A stretch of DNA of 64,000 bases from IMG/VR virus record IMGVR_UViG_3300036958_000333, positions 208,849 to 272,848 of that record; one strand, written 5' to 3'. The translations under genes and the position numbers were made by a program. Shown piece after piece: positions 8,766 through 19,864 of this stretch (position 1 is the stretch's first letter; the number at the start of each line of letters is the position of its first letter). The DNA is from a virus (taxonomy: Duplodnaviria > Caudoviricetes). Below the pieces are notes generated by a model. The model did no database searches, had not been told where the DNA came from, and saw only the letters and a list, made by a program, of their open reading frames with translations.

Positions 8766-9799
8766 ATAATTTTTTAAACTTAAATTTTAATGAATATAAA
8801 GACAAAATTGCCTTGGTTTATAGTTCTTTTTATATTTTTCCAGAAAATGTTGTATTAAATGAAGTTAATAATTTAGATAGACAAATAGAAATATGTAGAA
8901 ATATAGAGTACAAAGAGAATTGGAAAGGTAGAGGAATAGTTATATCTTGTGGAAAAGATCATTACTATTTATTATATATTCAATTAAATATATTAAGAGA
9001 TTTAAATATTAATTTACCTATAGAAATATGGAATTATCCAGATGAAATAGATAACAATATAAGAAACAAGTTCTTGTCATATTTTAATTCGTTAGATATA
9101 GAATTTAGAGAATGTTTAGATACAAAATTTATTTGTCATAGATTTAGAGGATGGATGATTAAAAATTATGCAATGTTTCATAGCAAATTTGAAGAAGTTA
9201 TACAACTAGATGTTGATAGTTTTCCTCTTGTTAATCCAGAAAACCTATTCGAATTAGAAGAATATAAAAAATATAAATGCATATTTTGGAATGATAGTAA
9301 ACTATATAGTTCTAATAACAATATAATTATATGGTTAAATTTTAATAAAAAAAGCCAAATATGGAAATTTTCAAATGTTGAATATAATGATAATTTTCCA
9401 ACATTAGAAGTCGGACAAGTCTACATAAATAAAAAATATCATTATTTACCAATGTTATTGTCTTTGTACATAATAGAAAGATCCGACTTCTATTTTCATA
9501 TATTTTACGGTGATAAAGATGTTTTTAATATCATATTTCATAGAATCAATATTCCATTCGAATACTTAAATATATATCTTATTAATAATAATATTGGATT
9601 TTTAATATGCAAAAAATCATTAAATGAAAAATATTTTATTCATATGTCATTTGGGAATGCAAAGCTTAATAATATATTAAATATTAAATACAATAATAAT
9701 TCTTTTTTATCACAAGAATTAAATATTATTTATAATTACTTTAATGAATTTGATAATTTTATAAAACAAAAAAGTAATGTTTTTTTTAATAAATTATAA
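8762..9799 (+). CDS. GT71 (MNN2-like) alpha-mannosyltransferase, copy 1
   Basis: GRGIVI, LPIEIW, KNYAM..SKFEEVIQLDVDS, FW.D, E.GQ, YGDKD; start taken from paralog 61280..62326. Confidence 0.85.
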   Translation: MYNFLNLNFNEYKDKIALVYSSFYIFPENVVLNEVNNLDRQIEICRNIEYKENWKGRGIVISCGKDHYYLLYIQLNILRDLNINLPIEIWNYPDEIDNNIRNKFLSYFNSLDIEFRECLDTKFICHRFRGWMIKNYAMFHSKFEEVIQLDVDSFPLVNPENLFELEEYKKYKCIFWNDSKLYSSNNNIIIWLNFNKKSQIWKFSNVEYNDNFPTLEVGQVYINKKYHYLPMLLSLYIIERSDFYFHIFYGDKDVFNIIFHRINIPFEYLNIYLINNNIGFLICKKSLNEKYFIHMSFGNAKLNNILNIKYNNNSFLSQELNIIYNYFNEFDNFIKQKSNVFFNKL

Positions 9800-9973
9800 A
9801 ATTATTTAATTTCATTTTTTAAAATTATTATGTGGTTATATAAATATAAATATAATTAAATCAATATTCTATATTTAAAATTTTTTACAAAAAATAATAA
9901 TTAATTTTTATATATCTTACTTATTTATATTATAAAAAAATAAATTTATACTTTAATAAATATTTTATATAAA

Positions 9974-10138
9974 ATGAATGAATTAAATAAATTTAATTTA
10001 CTAATAGATAATTTTGATATCGAATTAAAGGAATATAAAATAGAAGAAAAAATATTAATTATTGAAATTTTATTTTTATTATTAAATCAGACAGAATTTA
10101 CGGAATTTTTATTTAAAGAAGAAAACAATATTGCGTAA
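9974..10138 (+). CDS. small hypothetical protein (54 aa, not in ORF track)
   Basis: ATG 9974 to TAA 10138 (MNELNKFNLL...EENNIA); stop overlaps the amidoligase start. Confidence 0.45.
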   Translation: MNELNKFNLLIDNFDIELKEYKIEEKILIIEILFLLLNQTEFTEFLFKEENNIA

Positions 10139-10931
10139 AACTGGAATAGAAATTGAATTTGCAGATGTTAATATTTTTAATAAAAAAATATGCAAAGAGA
10201 TATTTGTTAATTTAAAACTTCCATGTAATGAAAAAAACAACGATTTATATAATCAGTGGATAGTTAAAGATGATCCAACATGTGGTTTTGAGATTAATAC
10301 ACCAATAATATATTCTAATAATGATTTTTATAATTTAAAGATTGTATTAAAAGAAATAAAAAAAACATATAAAGAAGAAGAAATAATAAATAAAGATTGT
10401 GGATTACATGTGCATATCGATATATCAAATTTTGTTAATGTAAAACAGTTTTTATATTTATTACAAATAACTAAAATACTTGAAAATACAATTATATTTA
10501 AAATTACAAACAAAACAAGAATAAGAAATAAATATTGTAAAAAAATATGTTATTATAGCAAAGTTAAACAATGTTTAAATAACGATCTTAAAAAATTTTC
10601 TAAAAATATAAACAAATTACCAAAAAATTCCGGATTAAGTATAAAATCATATAGCACTCTTGGTACAGCAGAATTTAGATATTATCAATCAACATTAAAT
10701 TATTATGAAATAATAAATTGGATAAATTTTTTACAAAAAATAATTGATTTTATATTTGATAAAAATAATATAAAATGGTTAGATAATAACTATTATAAAA
10801 TAATGAATAAAACAAAAAAAATTAGCCATAAAAAAATATTTAAAATTCTTAAATTAAATAGAGAAACTATTAATTTTATACAAAAAAAGGTTAAAGAAAA
10901 TGTACGGAATGTTTTATGTAAAAAAAAATAA
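10131..10931 (+). CDS. putative amidoligase (COOH-NH2 ligase, Amidoligase_2-like)
   Basis: GIEIEF, W.VK.D, FEINTP, CGLHVH and TAEFR motifs. Confidence 0.85.
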   Translation: MRKTGIEIEFADVNIFNKKICKEIFVNLKLPCNEKNNDLYNQWIVKDDPTCGFEINTPIIYSNNDFYNLKIVLKEIKKTYKEEEIINKDCGLHVHIDISNFVNVKQFLYLLQITKILENTIIFKITNKTRIRNKYCKKICYYSKVKQCLNNDLKKFSKNINKLPKNSGLSIKSYSTLGTAEFRYYQSTLNYYEIINWINFLQKIIDFIFDKNNIKWLDNNYYKIMNKTKKISHKKIFKILKLNRETINFIQKKVKENVRNVLCKKK

Positions 10932-11232
10932 TGTTGTAAATATAATATTTTTATTTGAAATTAATAAAAATTATCCATATGAAACAAAAAATAATAATAT
11001 AAGAATATTTGATTGGAAACAGGTTAAAATAAATAATATAATAAAAAATAAAATAATAAAAAGTATTAATGAAAATTTCAAACAACCAATAGAAACTTAT
11101 TATCAAATATTTAAAGATAAAAATGAAATAAAAAAATTTTGTAAAATTAATAATATACAAAATTTAGAATCAATATTTAAAACATCTAATCTAGAAATAG
11201 ATATAGATAACTTACTTTCTCTTAGAATCTGA
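10900..11232 (+). CDS. hypothetical protein
   Basis: 110-aa ORF overlapping the amidoligase end. Confidence 0.5.
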   Translation: MYGMFYVKKNNVVNIIFLFEINKNYPYETKNNNIRIFDWKQVKINNIIKNKIIKSINENFKQPIETYYQIFKDKNEIKKFCKINNIQNLESIFKTSNLEIDIDNLLSLRI

Positions 11233-11556
11233 TTTTTTATTCTTATGTCTTCTTAAAAATATTCTAGGAACTATAATAGAACGATTAGTATCTATAACTT
11301 TCACAACAATATCGTTTTTATCACACTCTTTTATAATTCCACCATTTTTCTTTAAAAGATTATAATTTTCCATTAATAAATCTTTATCTTTGTTTAAATA
11401 TCCGATTTTAGAAATAACATTTTTTTCAGATAACCTTATAACAACTCTTTCTCCTATTTTTAGTTTATTATTTTCATCAAAAACAATAGATGATTCATTA
11501 CTAGATATCAACCATTTTTTAAAATCTTTTAATGAAAATGAAGGTTCATTATTCAT
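11212..11556 (-). CDS. hypothetical protein
   Basis: 114-aa ORF directly after the giant fibre gene; GGTGA-type Shine-Dalgarno. Confidence 0.65.
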   Translation of the reverse strand: MNNEPSFSLKDFKKWLISSNESSIVFDENNKLKIGERVVIRLSEKNVISKIGYLNKDKDLLMENYNLLKKNGGIIKECDKNDIVVKVIDTNRSIIVPRIFLRRHKNKKSDSKRK

Positions 11557-11574
11557 AAAATCACCAATATACGA

Positions 11575-14500
11575 TTATATATTTTTATTTAAAACAATTG
11601 TTGCAATAAGTTTTCTTTTAGTATTATCTGTTCCATGATTGTTTTTTATTATCGTACTATTGGGATTAACCATTTTTACTTGTAAATATTCCCTATCATT
11701 CCCAGAAGTTCCTTTTTGATTAAAATTTTTAGGTTCCCAATATCCTCCTGTATATAAATTCATAGTAATATTATTAATAGATGGAGTAAAAGCAGGTTCA
11801 TTGGTATTCATTCCTATAAATACTTTTATTTTATTTGTAATTCCTTCTATAAATCCAAGATAAGCCTGTGGAATATTTCTTTCTTCATGTCTTAAATAAT
11901 TATTCCATCCAGACCATGGCCAAGATAATATATTTGATAATTCAGAGAACTCCATTCCTTGTTCCATAATATCTTTAGAATCAACTATAAACCACAAATC
12001 CATATCACTATTATACTTTTTCCATGTTAAACCATCGTCGAAAGAAAATAATAATTTTATTTGAGTATCTTGCCATTGCATATATGTACTTGGATCATAA
12101 ATTTCTATTGGCATTTTTAAAGATTCTGATCCAACTAATTTATTATTATATGTTGCTGTATTTATTTCTATTTCAAATCCAGCTATAGAAGCATCATATT
12201 CACTAACCGTACTTAAATCAAATTTAACATCAAAATAAGAATGTGGAACAGTAGTGTCTGTCATATCTGAAATGTAAATAAGTTTTAAATCTTCATCATC
12301 TTCTGTTGCATCATATATTTTCAATATATTATCTTTTTTTAATATTAACTCATCACCTTTAATAAATTCAAAACCTTCATCGTATAATATGAAATATTGA
12401 TAATATTCTATATTAGTATTTTCTTTTCTAAATATTATTTTTCCAAAACAATAAGCTTGTTTATCTTCTAATACGTCGATTATTTTAATTAAATTAGAAT
12501 TTCCAGGACTATCATATAAAGAATTAATATTTTTTAATTCATTTAAAACCCAATTTGGAACATTAATATAAGTATTTGGAATATATGCTGTTTCACCAGT
12601 AATATCAGAAATAGAAATATAATTTTTCATAATATAAACATCTATATTCTCAGAAGAAGAAGATGGAAAAACGTTTGATTCAGGGCTACTATCTAATGTA
12701 ATTATAGTCTCGGTATTAGATAATATTTTATAATTTCCTTCTAATTCTGAATATTTTGACGTTATTGTCAATATTTTTCCTGCAAATTCATTAATAACAA
12801 ATCCAGATCCTTGAAATTGATCTGTAGCTATTATTTTACCAATTATTTTTTTACATATAGAATTATCATAAACTTCTGTATTATATGTTAACATTCTAGT
12901 TCTATCATCTCTTATTCTTGATGCTGTTTCAGTATCCACATATATTTCTTGAGTATGAACCCATGATGGAATCCTAGAAGAATATTCTCCTCCAATTTTA
13001 TCTCCAATATATCTAACTAAATGATTAGATATATTGGTTTTATAATAACTATTATTATAATGATCTTTTGTATGATAATTAATATCTACTAATTCTATAA
13101 GTATATCAGTTGGTATAATCATATCAGTTATAAAAACATTATTATTTATTTCATTTTTAGTTTCATCTTCATCAGAAAATTTATCAAATGATCCGCTTAT
13201 TGTTATTGTATCTAAATTATTACTTTCAATAACATAAACTCCAGTAAAAGAACTAGAACTTGAACGCGGTATATATAAAAGTTTTCCAATAAGTTCATCT
13301 TCTTCATAATTTAGAATCAACGTTGATTTAAATTCAGTTGAGCTTATTATTTTTCCATCACCAATGTTTTCTAAATTATCTTTACATAAATAAAAATAAA
13401 TATTTTCATCATCTTTATCTTTTTCTAATGTATTAATATATAATTTTCCATTATCATAATTAAATATTCCTTTAAATATAAAATTATCATAATATACATT
13501 TTCAGGTTCAGTATGTAATGAAGAAAAATTGCTATATATTAATAACTTAAAAGTATCTATGTTTTCAAATTCAATATATCCTAGTCCAGCAGGGACATTG
13601 TTATCTAAATCATTATATCTTATTCTAGGCTTTACATAAAAAGAACAATAATATATTGGACACATATACTTGCCTAATAATAACAGATTTAAAGTAATTT
13701 TTGCTATTCCCCAAATCGAATAATAAGAATCTAATTCTAAATTATAATTTGTAACCTCTCCTATTTTTACTGGAGGATTTTCTTTTACTATATTTTTATG
13801 TTTTAAACTTATATATTTATCTTTATCAGATCCATCTATTTCTTCCATACGATAAATATCTGATTTTTCATTTTGTATAAATACAGAAGGAGAATTCCAT
13901 TTTAATAAGTTATCAATAACTGTTTTTCCATGAGTTCTCCCTCCAAAATATATTCCTCTATTCTCAGAATCAGTTACTAATGCTCCCCATGTGTTTTTAT
14001 ATGGTTTTATACCAACGTCAGTGCTATAATTTTTCCAATTTACTCCGGTTAATTCTAAAAAATGAGTATTTTCAATTTTAGAAATATAAGGAATATAATT
14101 TGTAGAAAAAGATTGATGTAATGTATTTATAATTTGTATGTGTAATGTTCCTGTACTGGAATCAAACCAAGATTTTCCACTTCTTATAGTTGGATCAGGA
14201 TTATACTGACCGCCAGATAATTCAATAAAAGCAAGATTAAAAGCAAAATACGAACTATTTGGAATAAAATATTCTACATATGAATTTATACCACTATTAT
14301 AAACTCCAACATAAACAACATGATCTCCACTTCCAGGTCCTCCTGGAATTGTTATAGTTAGTTTAGATATTATAGTCCATCTTCTTTCACCTATAGGAGA
14401 TCCATTAGAAGGCCAATATATTCCGTCTATTTCGGTTTCAATTCTACTATCTCCACTAATTGTAATTCCATCATCATGTAAATAAACATGATGTATCCAA

Positions 14501-17500
14501 TCTGGATGTGATTCTGTTATTTTATCACTTCCGCTATACAAATCAAAATCGTCAAAATTAGTCGAATCATATATGCTAAATTCATCAAACCTGTCATTTT
14601 CTATTGATATTGTTTTTTCCTGAGCTAAAGAATTTAATTCGTTATTTGAACATCTTAAACCATTAGGAACAACAAATAAAGAGCTTAATTTTAAATTAGA
14701 AATAATAGTATAATCATTATCTTTTTTAACAAAATCTATATTTCTATTTAATGTTGATAAATTAACTTTTCTTCTTGTATAATTTAATTTCCCACACCAT
14801 ATATCATCTAAAGATTTTGACGTAATATAATTTCTTGGATTAATATCATCATTATTTCCACATGCTATCCATATTTCATTATCAAGATCTCGTTTCTTTA
14901 TATATTCTATATAATTTTTTCCATCTGTATGATTATCAACAATAGGTGGAATTTCTATATTTCTATTTATAATCGCTATTCCATTTCCATTTCTTGATTT
15001 AGGAATATCATCTGTCAAATTTTTAATATAAGCCCATCCAACATTAACATCTTGGGCTCCTATTATTAATAGAGTATTATCATAATAATTAGTATAATCA
15101 GAAGTAGTAAATCCTCCAAAATATATCATAGCTATGTTTTCTACATATGGATTCTGAGAGTGTCCTTTAGGAGCTGGTTTTATTCCACCATAATATTTAA
15201 TTTTAGCTCCTCTCCAAGATGTTATTCCTTCTATAGGAGAGCCATTGCTTGCTTTTAATGGATCTAATTTAGACCATCTTCCTAAAAAACCAAATGGTTT
15301 TTCTGGTAAATTACTATCTTGCTCATAATTTAATTGAAATCTATAAGAATTTGATCTATTAAATACCATAAAATTTGGAAACCTTGATATTCCAGCTAAC
15401 GAATCTCTTGTATAACCTGTTATAACTAAAGATCCAGATATACAAGGAACAGGAGCATATGATGATCCATTTTTAGCTAATGGCATAAATCTAAAAATAA
15501 TTTTATTATTTAAAGAATCATTAATATCAGATATAAATATGGTTCTAGCATCTTTATAAGATTGATTGTCTCCAATGTTCATATCTCCGGATATTGAAAC
15601 AGAATCTGGAGGCCAAGATACACCACCATCTAAATCATCTGGATATCCATTAGACCTAGAAGGATTATAAGATCCGCCACCATAAATTACTATTTGGTCA
15701 TGTTCTGGTCTACCTGGATAAGAAATAACAATTTGATCACCTTCTAAATATTGATCTGAATCAGTTCTAGAACCTCCCGTTAATCCTTTAACTTGAACAC
15801 ATATAGAATTGTCTAAATTATCATGACAAACAGATATATCTTGTATAATTCCATGAGATCCTGAAGTAAGATTGTATATTTCAAAATTAATTATACTATC
15901 TCTATAACCCTCTATTGTTTTTACTTTATTAGTTAAATTTTCTTTATCACTATAATATGGTAAATTAGGATTATCACATTTATCATGTTTTTCTATATAT
16001 GGATCAATTGAATCAAAAAATTCATAAAATGTTTCTTTATATTCCTTTTCAAAATAAGAAGCTTTTTTATGAAAGTAAGGATATTTAATATACTTAGGAG
16101 ATATTCCAAATTTTGATGGTTTTATCCATAAATGATAATATTTTCCAGTAAGATTAATTGGATCTTCATATTCAGAAAAATCTATTCCTCTATCTCCATC
16201 AGGAGTAGGTGTTGGTACTGCTTCGCTGAAATGATATTGGTTTCCAAGAATTCCTTTATATGCAACATTTTCAATTATATCTGAAATATGAAACACTCTT
16301 GGCGGAGGATTTTCAACAGATACAACTTCCCATTGGTTTGTATTTAAATTATATCTCCACATAGAAGTGTCTATAGAACCATTCATTCCATATCCACCCT
16401 GTATGTATACATAATTTTTATAATAAAAACTAGTAAAACCAGCTCTTGGACCAGGACCTGATTTAGATGGTTCTTCTGGAGAACTCCAAATAGAATACTT
16501 ACATGCCATATCTTGTTTAGAATAATATAATCCTCTTAAACTTGAATCAGAAGAATCATAAAACGCAGAAAATTCAACTTGTCCTAACTCATCTAGTTTA
16601 AAATCAAAATCGGTAATATCAATATAATTCAAGTATTCTAAAGGATCAGAAAAATTTCTTATTCTATATTCATATGATAATATAGAATTGTCTTCATGTT
16701 CATTTTCCCAAGAACCACACCTGTTATGAATATGGCATGGACACTCTAATCTTTCAGAATCTTTATTAATATAAAATACATGAATATTATCTGAATTAGA
16801 ACATTTATTTGAATATATTTTATGATCAAAATTTCTTTCATATTTTTTTTCTACTAATATTTTTAAATTATTTCCATATTTTGATGTTTTTTGAACGTAC
16901 CATTCAGATGAAACAGATGGATGTTTAAATGATAATAATATTTCATTAGACTTTTTGTCTTTATTTAATGAAAAATTAGATGCTGCAACAACTGGAGTTC
17001 CTCTTAAATGTATAGATTTGTTTTGTAAATTAAATTTTTTATCGTCAGTATACAACAATCCCGGTTCAATATAATCTTCCCATATTGCGACAGAAAAATC
17101 ATTTTTATTATTACATATAAAATTATCTATATAATTTGAAAATAAGAATTGGTGATTATATTCAATATTTTCATTTAAATCAATCATTTTTGATGATTTT
17201 ATATCTTCAGATGCTTCAAATACATAATCTGTATTTGGATCGGATGATGATTTTTTTATTAATAATGCATTTATAGAAGAATCTTTTGTATTTCTATAAA
17301 TAATCCATATACTAAAATTCTTACTACTCCAAACATATTTATATTCATAAGAGAAAATTTCAGTAGACAATTGAGGAGTTAATAATATTTTACATCCTTC
17401 TGAATATAATCCATTAATTATTTTTGGAGATATGTTTTCTGGCCATAATTGAAGATTTTTAGTTGCATTTAAATTTACCCAAAACGCAACATTATGTGGA

Positions 17501-18963
17501 TATCCATTAGAATCGTTTTGAGAAGCAGTTATTCCAACGACATACGAATAATCAAATTTATTACTAATTTCATAGTTTAATGGGATATCTTTAAAATATA
17601 TAATTTCTCTTATAAACAAATCGATATCAGAATATGAATTTCCTTCAGAATCTAAATTTTTTCTCGGAAAAAATATTGGAGTTCCAAAATTATGACACCA
17701 AGATATAAAATAAGGTCTATTTGTTCCTTGGTCTAAATAAGCAAGACCAAACATATCATTTCCATCTAAATTATTTGAATCATCCATTAAATTAGAAGTA
17801 TCTTTATATTTTGTTATAATATGAACGGCAGAAAATTGATTTGCTTTTACTGGAAATTCTAATTGTCCAAACTTATAATTTACATTATATTCTAACCACT
17901 CGTCTCTTCCTTGCATTAAATAATTACATACTATAGTATTGTCTTCTCGTATACTTAAAACATATGATATCCCAGATTCCTTTGAGCTGAAAACTTTAAT
18001 ATTAGAAGCAGACTTATTTGTTCTTGAAGTATTTCTAAGTATTGTAAAATCTTCTTGATTTTTTTGTCTAACTATAGACGCTTCTTTTGAATTTATTATT
18101 ATATTACTTATATAAAAAACTCCATTATATGAAGTTTGTAATGGTTTATTTATATAAATTATTGGAGGTAAATTATTATCATTTTGTGTTAATATATAAG
18201 AAATTTTATATTGAACATTGTCTTTATCTTCTCCTACTAATCCTATAATGCCAGGATTTAATGTCGTAGAAAAAGAACCTGTTATTTGAGTAGAAGATAT
18301 AGTTATTATTACATTATCTAAACTATAAAAAGATGATTTTATATAATAAGAATTTCCTTCAGAAAAATTTATATTAACATTTGATATTTCTTCTCCAGAT
18401 ATTCTTTCTTTGATTTGTATTATTCTTGAAAAATTATAATCAGAATCGTGCTCTAATACATATTCTGATCCTTTGTTTAAAGTAAAAGAATATGTATATA
18501 AAAACATTCCTTGATTTAATTTAGAATCTATTGAAGACGAGGAAGATGTTGATATTTCTGTCCAAACATTGTCTTTCCATAAATATATTTTCTTTTCAGA
18601 AGAAACCAATCTCGTATCATTTTCTTTATTTATTCCAGATTTTAATGTAGGTAGATCAGAATAGTTCTGTACAGCATCTCTCCAATTTGATTTATATGAA
18701 AAAACTTCTCGTCTAGTAACATATGGATTATCTCCAGATGGTAAATATGAATTAGATAAAGCGTAATATATATTTGAATTTGGAAGTAATAATTTTTGTA
18801 TATCAGTAGAAAATTTTTCTATTGTTATTTCTCCATTTTTTAGATGTATATTTTCTACTGCACTATCTTGTATTACTCTTTGATCAACACATCCTGTGTC
18901 TAGATTTATATTTTTGACTTCTCCTTCTTGTATGAATAATCCTTTTACTTTTTCTTGAATCAT
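11575..18963 (-). CDS. giant virion fibre/receptor-binding protein with Kelch-type propeller
   Basis: 2462 aa; N-terminal fibre-like motifs (PSGDNPYVT, WRDAV..YSDLP); Kelch blades (PGPRAGF..YIQGG..WRYNLNTNQW); Asp-box SFDDGLTW; located in the tail module. Confidence 0.7.
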   Translation of the reverse strand: MIQEKVKGLFIQEGEVKNINLDTGCVDQRVIQDSAVENIHLKNGEITIEKFSTDIQKLLLPNSNIYYALSNSYLPSGDNPYVTRREVFSYKSNWRDAVQNYSDLPTLKSGINKENDTRLVSSEKKIYLWKDNVWTEISTSSSSSIDSKLNQGMFLYTYSFTLNKGSEYVLEHDSDYNFSRIIQIKERISGEEISNVNINFSEGNSYYIKSSFYSLDNVIITISSTQITGSFSTTLNPGIIGLVGEDKDNVQYKISYILTQNDNNLPPIIYINKPLQTSYNGVFYISNIIINSKEASIVRQKNQEDFTILRNTSRTNKSASNIKVFSSKESGISYVLSIREDNTIVCNYLMQGRDEWLEYNVNYKFGQLEFPVKANQFSAVHIITKYKDTSNLMDDSNNLDGNDMFGLAYLDQGTNRPYFISWCHNFGTPIFFPRKNLDSEGNSYSDIDLFIREIIYFKDIPLNYEISNKFDYSYVVGITASQNDSNGYPHNVAFWVNLNATKNLQLWPENISPKIINGLYSEGCKILLTPQLSTEIFSYEYKYVWSSKNFSIWIIYRNTKDSSINALLIKKSSSDPNTDYVFEASEDIKSSKMIDLNENIEYNHQFLFSNYIDNFICNNKNDFSVAIWEDYIEPGLLYTDDKKFNLQNKSIHLRGTPVVAASNFSLNKDKKSNEILLSFKHPSVSSEWYVQKTSKYGNNLKILVEKKYERNFDHKIYSNKCSNSDNIHVFYINKDSERLECPCHIHNRCGSWENEHEDNSILSYEYRIRNFSDPLEYLNYIDITDFDFKLDELGQVEFSAFYDSSDSSLRGLYYSKQDMACKYSIWSSPEEPSKSGPGPRAGFTSFYYKNYVYIQGGYGMNGSIDTSMWRYNLNTNQWEVVSVENPPPRVFHISDIIENVAYKGILGNQYHFSEAVPTPTPDGDRGIDFSEYEDPINLTGKYYHLWIKPSKFGISPKYIKYPYFHKKASYFEKEYKETFYEFFDSIDPYIEKHDKCDNPNLPYYSDKENLTNKVKTIEGYRDSIINFEIYNLTSGSHGIIQDISVCHDNLDNSICVQVKGLTGGSRTDSDQYLEGDQIVISYPGRPEHDQIVIYGGGSYNPSRSNGYPDDLDGGVSWPPDSVSISGDMNIGDNQSYKDARTIFISDINDSLNNKIIFRFMPLAKNGSSYAPVPCISGSLVITGYTRDSLAGISRFPNFMVFNRSNSYRFQLNYEQDSNLPEKPFGFLGRWSKLDPLKASNGSPIEGITSWRGAKIKYYGGIKPAPKGHSQNPYVENIAMIYFGGFTTSDYTNYYDNTLLIIGAQDVNVGWAYIKNLTDDIPKSRNGNGIAIINRNIEIPPIVDNHTDGKNYIEYIKKRDLDNEIWIACGNNDDINPRNYITSKSLDDIWCGKLNYTRRKVNLSTLNRNIDFVKKDNDYTIISNLKLSSLFVVPNGLRCSNNELNSLAQEKTISIENDRFDEFSIYDSTNFDDFDLYSGSDKITESHPDWIHHVYLHDDGITISGDSRIETEIDGIYWPSNGSPIGERRWTIISKLTITIPGGPGSGDHVVYVGVYNSGINSYVEYFIPNSSYFAFNLAFIELSGGQYNPDPTIRSGKSWFDSSTGTLHIQIINTLHQSFSTNYIPYISKIENTHFLELTGVNWKNYSTDVGIKPYKNTWGALVTDSENRGIYFGGRTHGKTVIDNLLKWNSPSVFIQNEKSDIYRMEEIDGSDKDKYISLKHKNIVKENPPVKIGEVTNYNLELDSYYSIWGIAKITLNLLLLGKYMCPIYYCSFYVKPRIRYNDLDNNVPAGLGYIEFENIDTFKLLIYSNFSSLHTEPENVYYDNFIFKGIFNYDNGKLYINTLEKDKDDENIYFYLCKDNLENIGDGKIISSTEFKSTLILNYEEDELIGKLLYIPRSSSSSFTGVYVIESNNLDTITISGSFDKFSDEDETKNEINNNVFITDMIIPTDILIELVDINYHTKDHYNNSYYKTNISNHLVRYIGDKIGGEYSSRIPSWVHTQEIYVDTETASRIRDDRTRMLTYNTEVYDNSICKKIIGKIIATDQFQGSGFVINEFAGKILTITSKYSELEGNYKILSNTETIITLDSSPESNVFPSSSSENIDVYIMKNYISISDITGETAYIPNTYINVPNWVLNELKNINSLYDSPGNSNLIKIIDVLEDKQAYCFGKIIFRKENTNIEYYQYFILYDEGFEFIKGDELILKKDNILKIYDATEDDEDLKLIYISDMTDTTVPHSYFDVKFDLSTVSEYDASIAGFEIEINTATYNNKLVGSESLKMPIEIYDPSTYMQWQDTQIKLLFSFDDGLTWKKYNSDMDLWFIVDSKDIMEQGMEFSELSNILSWPWSGWNNYLRHEERNIPQAYLGFIEGITNKIKVFIGMNTNEPAFTPSINNITMNLYTGGYWEPKNFNQKGTSGNDREYLQVKMVNPNSTIIKNNHGTDNTKRKLIATIVLNKNI

Positions 18964-19821
18964 TTATATTTCCTTATCATAAACAATAATATTATCAATA
19001 AAATTAAAGTTCTTATTATAAGTATATGTATTTATCCCATATTTTTTTAACCAATATGCTCCTGCACTTATAATACTAGATTCTATAATTTGTTGAGGAT
19101 ACATATAAACCCCTTCTTTTATATATACAACTCCCGATCTTTCTTCTCTTATATAATTTTCAGTATTTAATAAAAAAACATTTCTTATACCAAAATAATA
19201 TATTAAATTAAAAATAGATAATATCAAACACCTATGATCTTCTAAAAATATATTATAAGAATTTATATTTATAGTATTTCTTTTTGATTTAGACGGCGGA
19301 GTATTATATGAATATTTCGTTCCTTTATAAAATTTAATAAAATCATGATTCGTTCTATAAGAAAATAAACCTATTGGAATAGATGTATAATCTTTTGGTA
19401 AAAAATTAATAATATATCTATATGGATTATTGCAAATATATAAATCAATAAGATCATTATGATATTTTAAAGAATCATTAATTCCTATAATTAAACATTT
19501 ATTATTTTTAATTTCTTTTAAAAAATTATTATCTATCTTAGAATTTATTATTATAGCTTTAGAATATCTAGAAAAATCATTTATATTAATATTAGAAGAT
19601 AATAAATCAGAATTTTTAAATATATTTGAATTAAGAAAAACCAATTCTTCTTCTGAAAAATATTCATCTATATCAAAGTGTTTTTTATTTGTACAAAAAT
19701 TTCTAATATAAAAAAAACCACTATAATCTAAAGATAAATAGTCATTAACATTATTCTTAACTATATCATTATCTTTAAAATTTAACTTAAAAGATTTGTA
19801 ATATTTTTCTATTTCTATCAT
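18964..19821 (-). CDS. hypothetical protein, weakly MAF/DUF115 (sugar-transferase fold)-like
   Basis: IIGIND..D..I..NP and IYYFGIRNVFLL resemble MAF/DUF115 motifs; stop abuts the fibre ATG. Confidence 0.35.
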   Translation of the reverse strand: MIEIEKYYKSFKLNFKDNDIVKNNVNDYLSLDYSGFFYIRNFCTNKKHFDIDEYFSEEELVFLNSNIFKNSDLLSSNININDFSRYSKAIIINSKIDNNFLKEIKNNKCLIIGINDSLKYHNDLIDLYICNNPYRYIINFLPKDYTSIPIGLFSYRTNHDFIKFYKGTKYSYNTPPSKSKRNTININSYNIFLEDHRCLILSIFNLIYYFGIRNVFLLNTENYIREERSGVVYIKEGVYMYPQQIIESSIISAGAYWLKKYGINTYTYNKNFNFIDNIIVYDKEI

Positions 19822-19864
19822 TTAATTATATATATATTATAGAATTATAAGGTAAATTTATAAA

